DNA of 64,000 nucleotides from Candidatus Bathyarchaeia archaeon (GCA_050013255.1 JBEKFP010000001.1:64001-128000), one strand, 5' to 3'. Positions 29,026 to 39,256 are shown, numbered from the stretch's first letter. Notes: generated from the sequence alone by a model not told the origin. Numbers and translations are program-made.

Positions 29026-29655
29026 ATGCCTTCACTCAAGTTCGATTTGCATGTCCACACGGTCGGCTCGTACGACGGCCACACAAAACGCGAAGACTTG
29101 CCCCAGATTATTAGGAGCAGAGGGCTGGATGGCGTGGCGATCACAGAGCACGATGTTTTCGACCCGCCAAAACTTCAGAACGCATTGCTCTTGCCTGCAA
29201 TCGAGGTTTCTTCGGAGGAAGGGCATGTGTTAGGTCTTGGTGTTCGTGAACTTATCCCTGCAGGGCTTCCTGCGGATGAAACAATTCGCAGGATCCATGA
29301 TCAAGCTGGAGTGGCGATAATTCCCCACCCGTACGACCCCGTCTGTGAATGCGTGAAGCTTGCCCGATTGAAGGTCAGGCCGGACGCTGTGGAGACTGTA
29401 AACGCTGACGCCCTGTCGTTCTACGTTTCAAAGTGGTTGGCGCATAAAGACGCGCGCAGGTTCAACCTTCCAGAGGTCGGCGGTAGCGACTCTCATATCC
29501 CCCAGACTATCGGCGACGCCTACACCGTCATCGACGCTGCTTCCAGCGACCTCAAGGATATCATTGATGCCATTAAGTCTGGGAAGGTTCGCGCGGAAGG
29601 ACGCCCCACATCCGTGAGAAACAAGTTACGTAAACTAAGTTACAAGTTCAAGTGA
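29026..29655 (+). CDS. PHP-domain phosphoesterase
   Basis: DLHVHT, ITEHD, PHPY, GGSDSH. Confidence 0.9.
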   Translation: MPSLKFDLHVHTVGSYDGHTKREDLPQIIRSRGLDGVAITEHDVFDPPKLQNALLLPAIEVSSEEGHVLGLGVRELIPAGLPADETIRRIHDQAGVAIIPHPYDPVCECVKLARLKVRPDAVETVNADALSFYVSKWLAHKDARRFNLPEVGGSDSHIPQTIGDAYTVIDAASSDLKDIIDAIKSGKVRAEGRPTSVRNKLRKLSYKFK

Positions 29656-29779
29656 GCTTAGGTTCGATCTGGTCGAGGCCTAGGTTTAGGTTAAGATGTT
29701 CCTCATCCGCGGATTCCGGCTCCATTTCGAACAAGTCGAAGGAACGGAGCATGTCCCGGAGGGAAAAGACTTGAGTCAA
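29648..29779 (-). CDS. Putative 43-aa acidic small protein
   Basis: AGGTGA 4 nt before TTG; MTQVFSLRDMLRSFDLFEMEPESADEEHLNLNLGLDQIEPKLT; below the ORF-track cutoff. Confidence 0.4.
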   Translation of the reverse strand: MTQVFSLRDMLRSFDLFEMEPESADEEHLNLNLGLDQIEPKLT

Positions 29780-30016
29780 CTTATCACCTGAGGTTGCTGA
29801 AACATTTCTCCTGGAGACCGGTCGGACTATATTTGGAAGGAGGTCTCATCGGTGGGCGTTTTGGCCATCATGAAGGTTGGTCGAAGGGCCCAAATCACGT
29901 TTAGGCCCTCGATATTTCTCCATGAATCAGGAAAGATTCCCTGTCCGAACATCAGAGTTTGCACTGTGTGTGCCTAGTTTTGGTTACAGGAGATTGGCCA
30001 TATTCACGGATAACCT

Positions 30017-30301
30017 TCAGCCTCCGCCGACGGGGGGTATGATTGCGAGGGTGCTCCCCTCCCTTAACAGTGTGAAGAATCCGTCAGTTTGGGAGATTGA
30101 TTTCTCGTTCAGAAGGAATTGGAGGTATTCACGCGGGTTTCCAGTGTCATCGAGGAGGTATTCCTTCAGTTTGTCTCCATGCTTTGCGGTCAAAAGGTCG
30201 AGGAGGTTTCGCACGTTCGCCCCAGCTGGAACGTCGATCGTCTCTTCACGTAGGTTAACTAATTCTCGAACTGAAGCAAAGTATTGGATTTTCACTTTCA
30301 A
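30017..30301 (-). CDS. MoaD/ThiS/SAMP ubiquitin-like sulfur carrier
   Basis: VKIQYFASVRE...IIPPVGGG C-terminal diglycine. Confidence 0.93.
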   Translation of the reverse strand: MKVKIQYFASVRELVNLREETIDVPAGANVRNLLDLLTAKHGDKLKEYLLDDTGNPREYLQFLLNEKSISQTDGFFTLLREGSTLAIIPPVGGG

Positions 30302-30334
30302 AGGTTCTCACGTAATCGAATCCTGGTTCGGGAG

Positions 30335-31852
30335 TTACTTGCGTTTGGATATGTTCTTCTTCCATGTCAATTGCATCGACTTTGGCCTGTTGGCCTTGGC
30401 TTCGTCTATTCTTGTCACACTCGTTGCATGTGGGCTTGTTGCAGGTTGGTCGGAATTTGAGTAAGCTTCCTCGCTAATCTTGGCGAAGCCGTCGATCATT
30501 GCGTCAAGTTCCTCTTTGGCTACGGTTTCGGTTGGCTCAGCCATCATGGCCTCCTCTATGATTAAGGGGAAGTAGACCGTTGGCGGGTGTACTCCAAAAT
30601 CCAGCAACCTCTTTGCTACCTGAAGTGCTGTGACGCCCGTTTCCTTTGCGAGTGCTGACGCGGACAGGACGAATTCATGTTTCCTAGGAATCCCTTCTCC
30701 GTACGGAAGCGAGAAACCTTTGATTTTTCGAAGTTTTTCTGCCATGTAATTGGCGTTGAGAACAGCAATCTCCGACGCTGTTTCTAGGCCTTCCTTTCCA
30801 TGAAGAAGAATGTAGGTGTAAGCACGAAGGACTACGGCGGCGCTGCCGTGAAACGCTCTGACCTTCCCGATACTTTTCGGCCTGTTGTAGTCAAGGTAGT
30901 ACCTCTCTCCGTCAAATTCGACAGTCGGTACGGGCAAGTAGTCCTCGAGACGGCTCGTGACCCCAACTGGGCCGGCGCCCGGCCCACCTCCCCCGTGCGG
31001 TGTTGCGAAGGTTTTGTGCAGGTTGATGTGAACAATATCGAAGCCCATGTCGCCTGGTTTAGCCTTCCCCATGATCGCGTTGAGGTTTGCGCCGTCGTAG
31101 TAGAGCAGCCCGCCAGAATCATGAACTATGCCTGCGATTTCGAGGATCTTCCGTTCGAAAATCCCAAGTGTGTTTGGGTTTGTTACCATTAGGCCGGCCG
31201 TATTCGGTCCGACGGCGCTCTTTAGCGCCTCCGTATCCACGCAGCCCTCTGAATCTGAAGGAACCTCAACCACTTTGTAACCAGCCATTGCTGCGCTGGC
31301 AGGGTTCGTCCCATGGGCTGAATCAGGAACGATTATCTCATCACGCTTTGTGTCAGCCTTGTCGCGATGGTACGCTCGCATCAGCATGACACCAGTGTAT
31401 TCCCCGTGTGCTCCGGCCGCGGGTTGCAACGTTATCTTCTGCATCCCAACAATGTTCGCTAGAAAGTTCGCAGCCTCATAGAGGATTTGAAGAATGCCCT
31501 GTACGGTCCTCAGGTCTTGGTATGGGTGTAACTCTTGGATTTTATGTGAAGCAGCTACGAGATCACAAAGTTTCGGGTTGTATTTCATTGTGCAGCTTCC
31601 GAGCGGATAAAGGCCGAGGTCGACGCCGAAGTTTTCTTGCGAGAGTCGGGTGAAGTGACGAACTACTTCAATCTCCGAGACCTCAGGCAGCGATAATGGT
31701 GCAACGCGCCGAAGCTTCAGTGGGACACTTTCTAGGGCTGCATCGCGCTCCTTAGTGGAGGAGAGCGTATGGAAGCCGACTTTTCCTGGTCGGGACAATT
31801 CGATGATGGGGGGTTCGTCCCATTTCGCTTGACCATAGCCCATTAGTCTCAA
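30335..31852 (-). CDS. gcvPB: Glycine dehydrogenase subunit 2
   Basis: YPLGSCTMKYNP, QPAAGAHGE, HINLHKTFATPHGGGGPG. Confidence 0.97.
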   Translation of the reverse strand: MRLMGYGQAKWDEPPIIELSRPGKVGFHTLSSTKERDAALESVPLKLRRVAPLSLPEVSEIEVVRHFTRLSQENFGVDLGLYPLGSCTMKYNPKLCDLVAASHKIQELHPYQDLRTVQGILQILYEAANFLANIVGMQKITLQPAAGAHGEYTGVMLMRAYHRDKADTKRDEIIVPDSAHGTNPASAAMAGYKVVEVPSDSEGCVDTEALKSAVGPNTAGLMVTNPNTLGIFERKILEIAGIVHDSGGLLYYDGANLNAIMGKAKPGDMGFDIVHINLHKTFATPHGGGGPGAGPVGVTSRLEDYLPVPTVEFDGERYYLDYNRPKSIGKVRAFHGSAAVVLRAYTYILLHGKEGLETASEIAVLNANYMAEKLRKIKGFSLPYGEGIPRKHEFVLSASALAKETGVTALQVAKRLLDFGVHPPTVYFPLIIEEAMMAEPTETVAKEELDAMIDGFAKISEEAYSNSDQPATSPHATSVTRIDEAKANRPKSMQLTWKKNISKRK

Positions 31853-33237
31853 GCCCCCACGGTTTGCCGAAGCTTATCGGCGAGCATCTCGATGTCTCCG
31901 TGCGCGTGAACTTCCGTAAAGCAGTAAAGTGCTGTCTGGCCTAATTCCGGAAAATAAGCGCTCACGTCTAATCCGCCTTGGATCCCTGCCTTCAACAAGG
32001 CCTCATTTACCTCGGCTACTTTCTTCCCACATTTATCGAAGTTCACCGTGAACTCCATGAAGTGGAATGCCTCAAAACCCGGGGCTGACACCCCTCGGAT
32101 TTTCCGTAACTGTTCAATTGCGTACGAGGTCCTATCCAAGATTGTCGCGCAAAGCTCCCTCAAACCCTTCGGGCCTTGAAGAGCGAGGTACATTGCGGCA
32201 GCTAACGCCAAGAGAGCCTCATTTGTGCAAATGTTCGATGTGGCCTTCTCTCGACGAATGTGTTGCTCACGCGTTTGTAACGCCATGCAGTAGGCGTCCT
32301 GCTTACCATCTTGTGTTGTTGTTTTTCCGATGATTCGGCCTGGCATTTGCCTGAGGAGCGGATCGCCTTTGCATGCAAAAATGCCCAGTAGGGGCCCGCC
32401 ATAGTTCATATGGTTACCAAGCGGCTGCCCTTCACCAACAACTATGTCCGCGCCCACCTCTCCTGGTGCTTTCAAAACGCCTAGCGAGATAGGTTCGCAT
32501 CCAACAAGAAATAGAGCCCCGCTCTTGTGGGCCAGTTGAGCTATCTCTTCGCACGACTGTTCAACGAAACCAAGAAACGACGGACATTCCAAGTAAACCC
32601 CGGCGGTACGGTCGGACACCTTCCTCTTCAGATCGGTAAGGTCAACGGCCCCTGTCCGTTTATCCTGTTCAACCTCAACGATCTTGATGTCTGCAGGTTC
32701 GCAAAAAGTTCTCAGAGTTGAAAGACGTTCAGGGTGAATGAAGTGTGGCACAATGAACTCGGAACGGTGAGTCACTCTCGAAGCCATCCTAGCTGCCTCT
32801 CCCAGCGCAGTCGACCAATCGTACAGCGAGCTGTTGGAGTAGTCCATTGCGGTTAGCTCGCAGATCATGCTTTGATATTCGAACAAGGCTTGTAGCATTC
32901 CTTGCGAGATTTCCGGTTGGTATGGCGTGTAAGAGGTTAGGAATTCGCCTCTGCTGATAATCGCGTCCACCGCGGCTGGAACATGGTGCGGCCAGATACC
33001 CCCTCCGAGAAAAGATAGCACATCACGGGTTGAGAGGTTCTTGTTCAGAAGCCCTTCGACATGACGTCTAGCCTCCATCTCCGAGAGCTTCGATGGAATC
33101 GCTAGGGAGCCCTTCGTTCGTACGGCAAGTGGGATGTCTTTGTAAAGGTCCTCAATTGTTCGAGCGCCAATCTCCTTGAGCATCTGGCGCGTAATGGATT
33201 CCTCAGCATTCGGAATGTACGGATGAGGTTTCGACAA
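31849..33237 (-). CDS. gcvPA: Glycine dehydrogenase subunit 1
   Basis: TSYTPYQPEISQGMLQALFEYQ, REQHIRREKATSNICTN. Confidence 0.97.
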   Translation of the reverse strand: MSKPHPYIPNAEESITRQMLKEIGARTIEDLYKDIPLAVRTKGSLAIPSKLSEMEARRHVEGLLNKNLSTRDVLSFLGGGIWPHHVPAAVDAIISRGEFLTSYTPYQPEISQGMLQALFEYQSMICELTAMDYSNSSLYDWSTALGEAARMASRVTHRSEFIVPHFIHPERLSTLRTFCEPADIKIVEVEQDKRTGAVDLTDLKRKVSDRTAGVYLECPSFLGFVEQSCEEIAQLAHKSGALFLVGCEPISLGVLKAPGEVGADIVVGEGQPLGNHMNYGGPLLGIFACKGDPLLRQMPGRIIGKTTTQDGKQDAYCMALQTREQHIRREKATSNICTNEALLALAAAMYLALQGPKGLRELCATILDRTSYAIEQLRKIRGVSAPGFEAFHFMEFTVNFDKCGKKVAEVNEALLKAGIQGGLDVSAYFPELGQTALYCFTEVHAHGDIEMLADKLRQTVGA

Positions 33238-33513
33238 GTTATCGCGTCCTCGCGCCGGCCTTTACCTGTTGTACATATTATTCGGTTTTGGTCATCTGAG
33301 AGAATGGGAAATCATTCATCGTTCAGATTCATGCTAGAGGCTACCTTCAGTTCTTCCGGGATTCCTATTCTACGCTTAAACTCGTAGATTGTCTTAGTTG
33401 TGGAGATCGGCTTTGTCTGATTGAACCGTAAGTGTTTTCTTTAAACGTCGCATTAACCTCCCTCTCGCTTGCGAGCTGAGGGAAAATAGACGCAAAACTA
33501 TGGAGCCAAGACG

Positions 33514-34284
33514 TTGCATCTTCCCTGTGGTATTGACCGCACAGCTGTTGTGGAAGAGAAGCGCCTCCTTGCGCCTGAGACACATGTTGGTCCTGGTGCT
33601 CGCATAATTGGAGCTGTGAAGACCTCTAGGGGAGCATTCATCGATGCGAACGCGACGCTTTACGGCCCTCTCGCAGTAGGTAAACGCACGTATATCGGAC
33701 CGAACTGCGTCATCGGGTTCCCTGCTGCCAATGAGCTCAAAGAGTTGACGCGTTCACACCAGATCAAGCGGAAGAAAACGACCACGCTGGGCGACAACTG
33801 CACATTAAGAGCGGGCACAATTCTCTACTCAGATGTTCGAGTCGCTGACGAAGTCGCATTCGGCCACAACGTGCTCGTGAGAGAAAATGTGACGATCGGC
33901 CCCCAAACAAAAATTGGAACCAATGTTGTGATTGATGGAAGCACACGCATAGGAGCGAAGGTTTCGATACAAACTGGGGTATACATCTGCACATATTCGG
34001 TTGTCGAGGACGGAGTCTTCCTCGGCCCCTGTTGCGTCTTCACAAACGACAAATACGTCGTCCAGAAACCATTCAAACTTATCGGGCCTACCGTGAAGAA
34101 AGGCGCAAGCATTGGCGCGAACGCGCTACTGTTTCCTGGGGTGACAGTGGGAGAAGGAGCTGTTGTGGGTTCGCAGGCGATGGTGAATTCCGATGTTCCT
34201 GCCCGAACAATTTTCGTGGGCCTCCCAGCTAGGAAATTGAGGGATGTACCCGACGATTGGCGGTCGTCACTTTTGCAAAGTTGA
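33514..34284 (+). CDS. Hexapeptide-repeat acyltransferase (WbpD/WxcM-like sugar N-acyltransferase)
   Basis: Left-handed beta-helix repeats; VFLGPCCVFTNDKY, GASIGANA, G-PAR. Confidence 0.85.
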   Translation: MHLPCGIDRTAVVEEKRLLAPETHVGPGARIIGAVKTSRGAFIDANATLYGPLAVGKRTYIGPNCVIGFPAANELKELTRSHQIKRKKTTTLGDNCTLRAGTILYSDVRVADEVAFGHNVLVRENVTIGPQTKIGTNVVIDGSTRIGAKVSIQTGVYICTYSVVEDGVFLGPCCVFTNDKYVVQKPFKLIGPTVKKGASIGANALLFPGVTVGEGAVVGSQAMVNSDVPARTIFVGLPARKLRDVPDDWRSSLLQS

Positions 34285-34382
34285 TTCAATCCGGGTCAAC
34301 AGAACGAATAAATATTGAACTTTGCATTCACGGGGCGCCATATGTATGAGCATAACCCGATGAAAGCGGAGTCAAGCTGAGG

Positions 34383-36110
34383 TTGAAGATAAAGTTCGTA
34401 CTGGTTATCACAATCTTGCTTCTCGCTCTTGCAATGGCCACACCGCTCCAATCGACGAAGGCGCAGACCAACCAGACCAATCTAACCATTCATGTCGTAA
34501 GAGTAGTGGCAGTTGGAGTCTGGGGAGTCACACATGTAACCGACTTCTTCACAATTCAGAACAACGGAACGGCGACAGCATCATCTCTTGATTTCGGGTT
34601 TTCACGCTTATACCGAAACAACGTGTACTACGCCAGTGCAAAGGATAGCCAAGGAAGAGATTTACTGCTGGACGCAGACGTAGCCCAGGGCACTGAAATC
34701 TACTGGATGCGTGCCCACTTCGCCCAGGACTTGGGTCCTAACCAAACCTACGTTTTCACAGTGCAATCCGTATTGAACGGCGTGTTAACTCAGGCCCCAG
34801 GAGGCTACCAGTACAATTTCACCGCAGCCCCCATCCTCAATCAAGACGCTAGTTACGCCAATGTGACTTTCATTGGTGCACCAGGATCCACATTCATCCT
34901 TCCCAACCCGACTCCATATCAAACGTTCACTTATCAGGGCCAACCTGCCCTCTTCAGGCACTTCAAGCCTTGGAAAGCCAACTCCCTTGATTCATTTTAC
35001 GCGCCCTACAGAACCGTAGGAGAGTACCTCGTCGACCTCTCATCCGTGGAGCGCGATATCAACGTGGGAAGCACTGGCGACCTCACTATAACGGACACCT
35101 ACAACCTTCACAACATCGGCATAGAAATTACATCATTGACGATTTCGCTTCCACAAGGCGCGTCGAACGTTATGGCCTACGATGTTGTGGGTGCAATGTG
35201 GACCAGCCCACAAAACCCAGCCGCACCATACCAAATCACAATCTCGCCAAGGTACACAGCGGGCATTGGAACCAATCAGAACTTTGCATTCACATTGACC
35301 TACAATATCCCACAGTCACAGTACCTCAAACAACTCAATTGGTGGGGAACGTACAACCTGACCATCGGCCTTCTCAACAATGCGGACGACTTCCTTTTCG
35401 ATGCAGCAACCGTTAAACTGATAACTCCAAGCGGAGTGACCGTTGCTAACGTTAAGACTCCTACTCAACCATCCCTCACAAATCCAATTCAGTACGACCC
35501 AACAGATCGAGCTTTTGCACTCCAAGGCATCACCAACCAGAACAACGTAACTGTTGGACTGATCCTGAACTATGCGCCCTTCTGGTCAGCGTATGGGGCG
35601 TTACCCTGGATCTTTGGCCTCGAACTTGCCCTCGCGGCATTTGCCCTAGCCGTCAAGGTCAGACGAGGCCCAGAGCTCGCGGTACCGGTTCCTGTTGAGA
35701 AGCTTAGAGAATTCGTCGGCCTATATGACGAAAGGCTCGCATTGTCAAGAGAACTCGTTGTAATGGAAGAAGAAGTGGCCAGAGGCGGTCTCGTGAAGCA
35801 TGAGTTTAGAAGACGAACGAAAGTGATGGAACTCAGGCTGGACGAGATTAACAAATCGCTTATGGAAGTTAAAGCTGAGCTGCGTGGCATTACCCCACGG
35901 TACGATGAGTTGATACGTAGAATCGATAGAGCCGAAGCCGAGATACACGTCTCACGAGCCAGCCTTAGCCAAGTAAGGTCCCAGTACAGATCGGGCAAAA
36001 CAACTCGTGAAACTTACGACGCCATGGTGAAGGATATCATGAAACGTATCGACCGTGCAGAAGAGACTGTAGAGACGATTCTGATCACTTTGCGAGAAGA
36101 CGCAAGGTAG
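34383..36110 (+). CDS. Ribophorin I (RPN1/Ost1)-like type I membrane glycoprotein
   Basis: Signal peptide; beta-rich ectodomain with many N-x-T sequons; ER-I-V---G, LP--A--V---D--G, I-PRY, Y-IP---YL, VK---P-G; one TM; ~145-aa helical tail. Confidence 0.72.
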   Translation: MKIKFVLVITILLLALAMATPLQSTKAQTNQTNLTIHVVRVVAVGVWGVTHVTDFFTIQNNGTATASSLDFGFSRLYRNNVYYASAKDSQGRDLLLDADVAQGTEIYWMRAHFAQDLGPNQTYVFTVQSVLNGVLTQAPGGYQYNFTAAPILNQDASYANVTFIGAPGSTFILPNPTPYQTFTYQGQPALFRHFKPWKANSLDSFYAPYRTVGEYLVDLSSVERDINVGSTGDLTITDTYNLHNIGIEITSLTISLPQGASNVMAYDVVGAMWTSPQNPAAPYQITISPRYTAGIGTNQNFAFTLTYNIPQSQYLKQLNWWGTYNLTIGLLNNADDFLFDAATVKLITPSGVTVANVKTPTQPSLTNPIQYDPTDRAFALQGITNQNNVTVGLILNYAPFWSAYGALPWIFGLELALAAFALAVKVRRGPELAVPVPVEKLREFVGLYDERLALSRELVVMEEEVARGGLVKHEFRRRTKVMELRLDEINKSLMEVKAELRGITPRYDELIRRIDRAEAEIHVSRASLSQVRSQYRSGKTTRETYDAMVKDIMKRIDRAEETVETILITLREDAR

Positions 36111-36183
36111 ACCACGGAAGCTATTAGAATCCGCCCACAACTTCTAAGCCGCTTCAGCTTGAAGGCGAAGCCTAGTGTGATTA

Positions 36184-37434
36184 ATGGCCGATCAAATCCC
36201 AGTCTCAAAATTGCAGGAATGGCTGCGGAAATCCCTCTCATCCAGCCTCACCCAAGCAGAGCGTGAGCGCGACAAGCTGATGGGTGAGATAAAACGTGGA
36301 TTGGATTCAATTACTGAATTCTGCAGCCAATTGTCACGTAAGGCACAACAGGACATGGAATCAAAGCGGGACAATAGAGCACAGTATAGGGCGGCAAAAG
36401 CAGTGGCACGGTTGACGGCCATAATCCCGGAAATGTGCAAGCAGTTTAACGTCCCTACAGAGAACGACTCTACCAGCTTAAGAAACCTGCAACGCGAGAC
36501 CTCGAAGCTCGCATCCGAAGCGGCACGAACCAGGGAGACTTGGCTTCGCCAGATTAGGCCTTACTACATTATCGACATGATGACGCTGGGAGGCAACATT
36601 GACAAGCTACGTAGGCTGGGCGACGAGCTTCACAATTTCCTGATAGGGCACGGATCTTTACTACGATCGCTGGAGGAGTTGAACGAGAAACTTGAGTCCC
36701 TTGCAAAGTTGCAGGCCTTTAGAGATTCAGCAACTCAACAGAGACGGTCATTGGAGGAGAAACTTGGCGAAACGGAACGTGTCAACAACTCGTTGAAAAA
36801 CGAAGTTGGCGAAATTCGTCAGAACCCAAAGATCAAGAAGTACATGGAAATTAATACTGAGCTAAGAGCACTTAGAAGCGAATTGATACGAACCGGGTTC
36901 AGCAGGCTTGGTAGGCCCTTCAAGAAGCTCGTATCGATTTCAGAACGCGGGGATTACGCGCTTCCAATTGAAGTACGGGAAAGTGCGAAGGAGTACACGA
37001 AGAAGCCATTCGCCACTTTCCTCTCTGAAGAAAGCGGTTATCCTCGGCTAAAGGCAGTAATGTCTGCTCTGTCTGGTGCCGTTTCTAGCGGAAAACTGGC
37101 CCTCAAGCAACGGGAAGCTAAGAAAGTGATTGAGCGAACGGACCAGGTTGTTTCCGGTAATTCGTTGGCAAAGGTGCATGAATTGTCGAGAGATCGCAAG
37201 CGCACCTATGATGAGTTCTTGGCCGATAAGGAAACGGCTGCCCTGGTGCAACAGCTTAGGGAGCTTCGTGTGAAGGGTCGAGCAAACCGGGCTGTCCATG
37301 ATGAACTCAAAGTTGACCTACGACGTGCAATTGGGAATGAAAAGCGATTCGACGAGCAGGTTAGTTCTCTGTTAGCAGAAATCGAATCCTTCTCACGCAA
37401 ACTATCTGGCGCCGACTTGAAACTAGAACTATAG
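36184..37434 (+). CDS. Long coiled-coil hypothetical protein
   Basis: 416 aa, almost all helical with heptad character; no P-loop seen. Confidence 0.75.
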   Translation: MADQIPVSKLQEWLRKSLSSSLTQAERERDKLMGEIKRGLDSITEFCSQLSRKAQQDMESKRDNRAQYRAAKAVARLTAIIPEMCKQFNVPTENDSTSLRNLQRETSKLASEAARTRETWLRQIRPYYIIDMMTLGGNIDKLRRLGDELHNFLIGHGSLLRSLEELNEKLESLAKLQAFRDSATQQRRSLEEKLGETERVNNSLKNEVGEIRQNPKIKKYMEINTELRALRSELIRTGFSRLGRPFKKLVSISERGDYALPIEVRESAKEYTKKPFATFLSEESGYPRLKAVMSALSGAVSSGKLALKQREAKKVIERTDQVVSGNSLAKVHELSRDRKRTYDEFLADKETAALVQQLRELRVKGRANRAVHDELKVDLRRAIGNEKRFDEQVSSLLAEIESFSRKLSGADLKLEL

Positions 37435-37447
37435 TAGAGGTTACTTA

Positions 37448-39256
37448 CTAGATGAGAACTCGAATTCTCTGTTTAGAAACTAAGGCACGTAAGAGGTTTC
37501 GGCCCAAGTCAGATTTCTTTGAGACTCTGATCTGGCCCTTCTTGCCGATGGTTGCAGAGAACAGGTATTGGTCTCCAACGTAAACGTTCGCAGCTGTGCC
37601 CGTCAGATCTTCTTCAAACACTATGTCAATTCGATTTCCTACTTCTCTAATCTCGTAGCGAACCTCTTTCCCTGAGGAGCTAGGTGCCAAAGGTTCTACG
37701 TCGATTTTGACGCCTAGTTTTTCTTCAAGTTTCGTGACTGTGACACCCTTCTTTCCTATGAGTATGGGAACAATCTCGTTGTCGACTCGAACAACGGCAC
37801 GGTTGCCAGATACCAATGTGACCTCAGCGCCGGGGTCGAATTTCCTAATTTCTTGCAGTATTCTTTCCTCAGCTAACTTTTGTGTAGCGCTGATTGCGGG
37901 TTTTGCATCGCTTACTGGAATAATCACGTTCTCCTCGCCGAAGGTGTAGATCTCGAATTGTAAGGACCCGTTCTCGAAGTCGCGCACTTCAACAACTGGC
38001 CTCGCGAGGTCGGCCTCGATCATGCCCGTCGGAACCTTAACCGTGAGGTTTAGAGTGAAGAGGCTTCGGACTTCTCCATATTGGATGAAGATTATCGTGT
38101 CTATGATATGCGGGATCATTCCCAGCTCGACGCGGCCAATGAATCGTTGTATAGCGTTGATTGCCTCACTAGCGTGCACGACGCCAATCATCCCGACTCC
38201 TGCCAAGCGCATGTCAGCGAAGATCATGAAGTCCTTGCCTCGTCTCACCTCGTCGAACACGGTATAATCCGGCCTAACTAGGAGAAGAATCTCAGCGGTT
38301 TTCTCGAAATCTCCCTCCAGGGGACCGTATTGTGTGATTTCTGGGCCAACCTGCAAGTCTCGCGGTGACTCAAGCGTCTTGACGATCTTGTTCTGCCTCC
38401 AGTAGAACTCGGCTAGGGAAGAGGCAAAGGTAGTTTTTCCTGACCCGGGAGGGCCTGCTATTAGAATCCCTTCCGCTCCCGTTGCGAGCCGTTCCATCAG
38501 CTTTGTGGAAAGGCGATAGTCTTGTAGCGTGAGGCTAACTACGGGCCGAACGATTGTAACTTCCAAGCCGTCGGATAGTGGGGGTCTGGTGATTGCAACA
38601 CGGTAGCGTCCCAATTGGATTACCATCGCTCCGGCTCTGTTTATTTCGACAAAGCCTTCCCTGCTGACCCTTGCCGCCTCGGTTATCTCTCGAATGATTT
38701 GCTCAACTTCCTGTGTTGAGCTCGGTGTTTCGGAGAGGGCGACCAGCTCAAATTTGCCGGGCTTTCCTCTCTTTGCGAGTGCCCGCGTCCCCTCTTTCAG
38801 ATGGATGCTTGACGTGTCGGGTGTGAACAACTTCTCAAAAGCAAGATCAGTGGTTCTCACTTCGCCAGGGACATGTTTCACCTGTACGCCCGACGCTTCA
38901 GCTACCAGGGCTTGCACGTAATCGGCCGTCAGCAGAGTTCCATTCTCAGACCTAGCAACATCAGTGATGAGAGCATCGAGCCTACCGCTCCTCGCCAGCA
39001 TGATATCATTGTAGCCAGGCCGCTGCCCGAGAAATGTTAGCTTGATACCTTTACTCTCACAAAAAACCCGCAGCTTCTTGATTTCCTCAAGCCCAACGAA
39101 ACCTGGCTCTCGTCCTTTCGAAGCCTGTGCCTGAAGTTCATCTAACACTGCGTATGGGATTATTATCTCAACGTCAGTTAGTCCACCCTTCTCAATTACC
39201 GACGGCACGTTGCCGTCTATGATTATCGATGTATCGGGGACGAGTTTCTGAGTCAA
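37448..39256 (-). CDS. PINA: PIN domain + P-loop ATPase + KH
   Basis: VPDTS PIN start, AGPPGSGKTT, ESPRDLQV, RPDYTVFDEVR, IGKKG KH. Confidence 0.93.
   Translation of the reverse strand: MTQKLVPDTSIIIDGNVPSVIEKGGLTDVEIIIPYAVLDELQAQASKGREPGFVGLEEIKKLRVFCESKGIKLTFLGQRPGYNDIMLARSGRLDALITDVARSENGTLLTADYVQALVAEASGVQVKHVPGEVRTTDLAFEKLFTPDTSSIHLKEGTRALAKRGKPGKFELVALSETPSSTQEVEQIIREITEAARVSREGFVEINRAGAMVIQLGRYRVAITRPPLSDGLEVTIVRPVVSLTLQDYRLSTKLMERLATGAEGILIAGPPGSGKTTFASSLAEFYWRQNKIVKTLESPRDLQVGPEITQYGPLEGDFEKTAEILLLVRPDYTVFDEVRRGKDFMIFADMRLAGVGMIGVVHASEAINAIQRFIGRVELGMIPHIIDTIIFIQYGEVRSLFTLNLTVKVPTGMIEADLARPVVEVRDFENGSLQFEIYTFGEENVIIPVSDAKPAISATQKLAEERILQEIRKFDPGAEVTLVSGNRAVVRVDNEIVPILIGKKGVTVTKLEEKLGVKIDVEPLAPSSSGKEVRYEIREVGNRIDIVFEEDLTGTAANVYVGDQYLFSATIGKKGQIRVSKKSDLGRNLLRALVSKQRIRVLI

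Noticed and set aside
29877-30464. 195-aa plus-strand ORF
   Set aside because: Antisense to the MoaD/SAMP gene and the gcvPB end; no motifs
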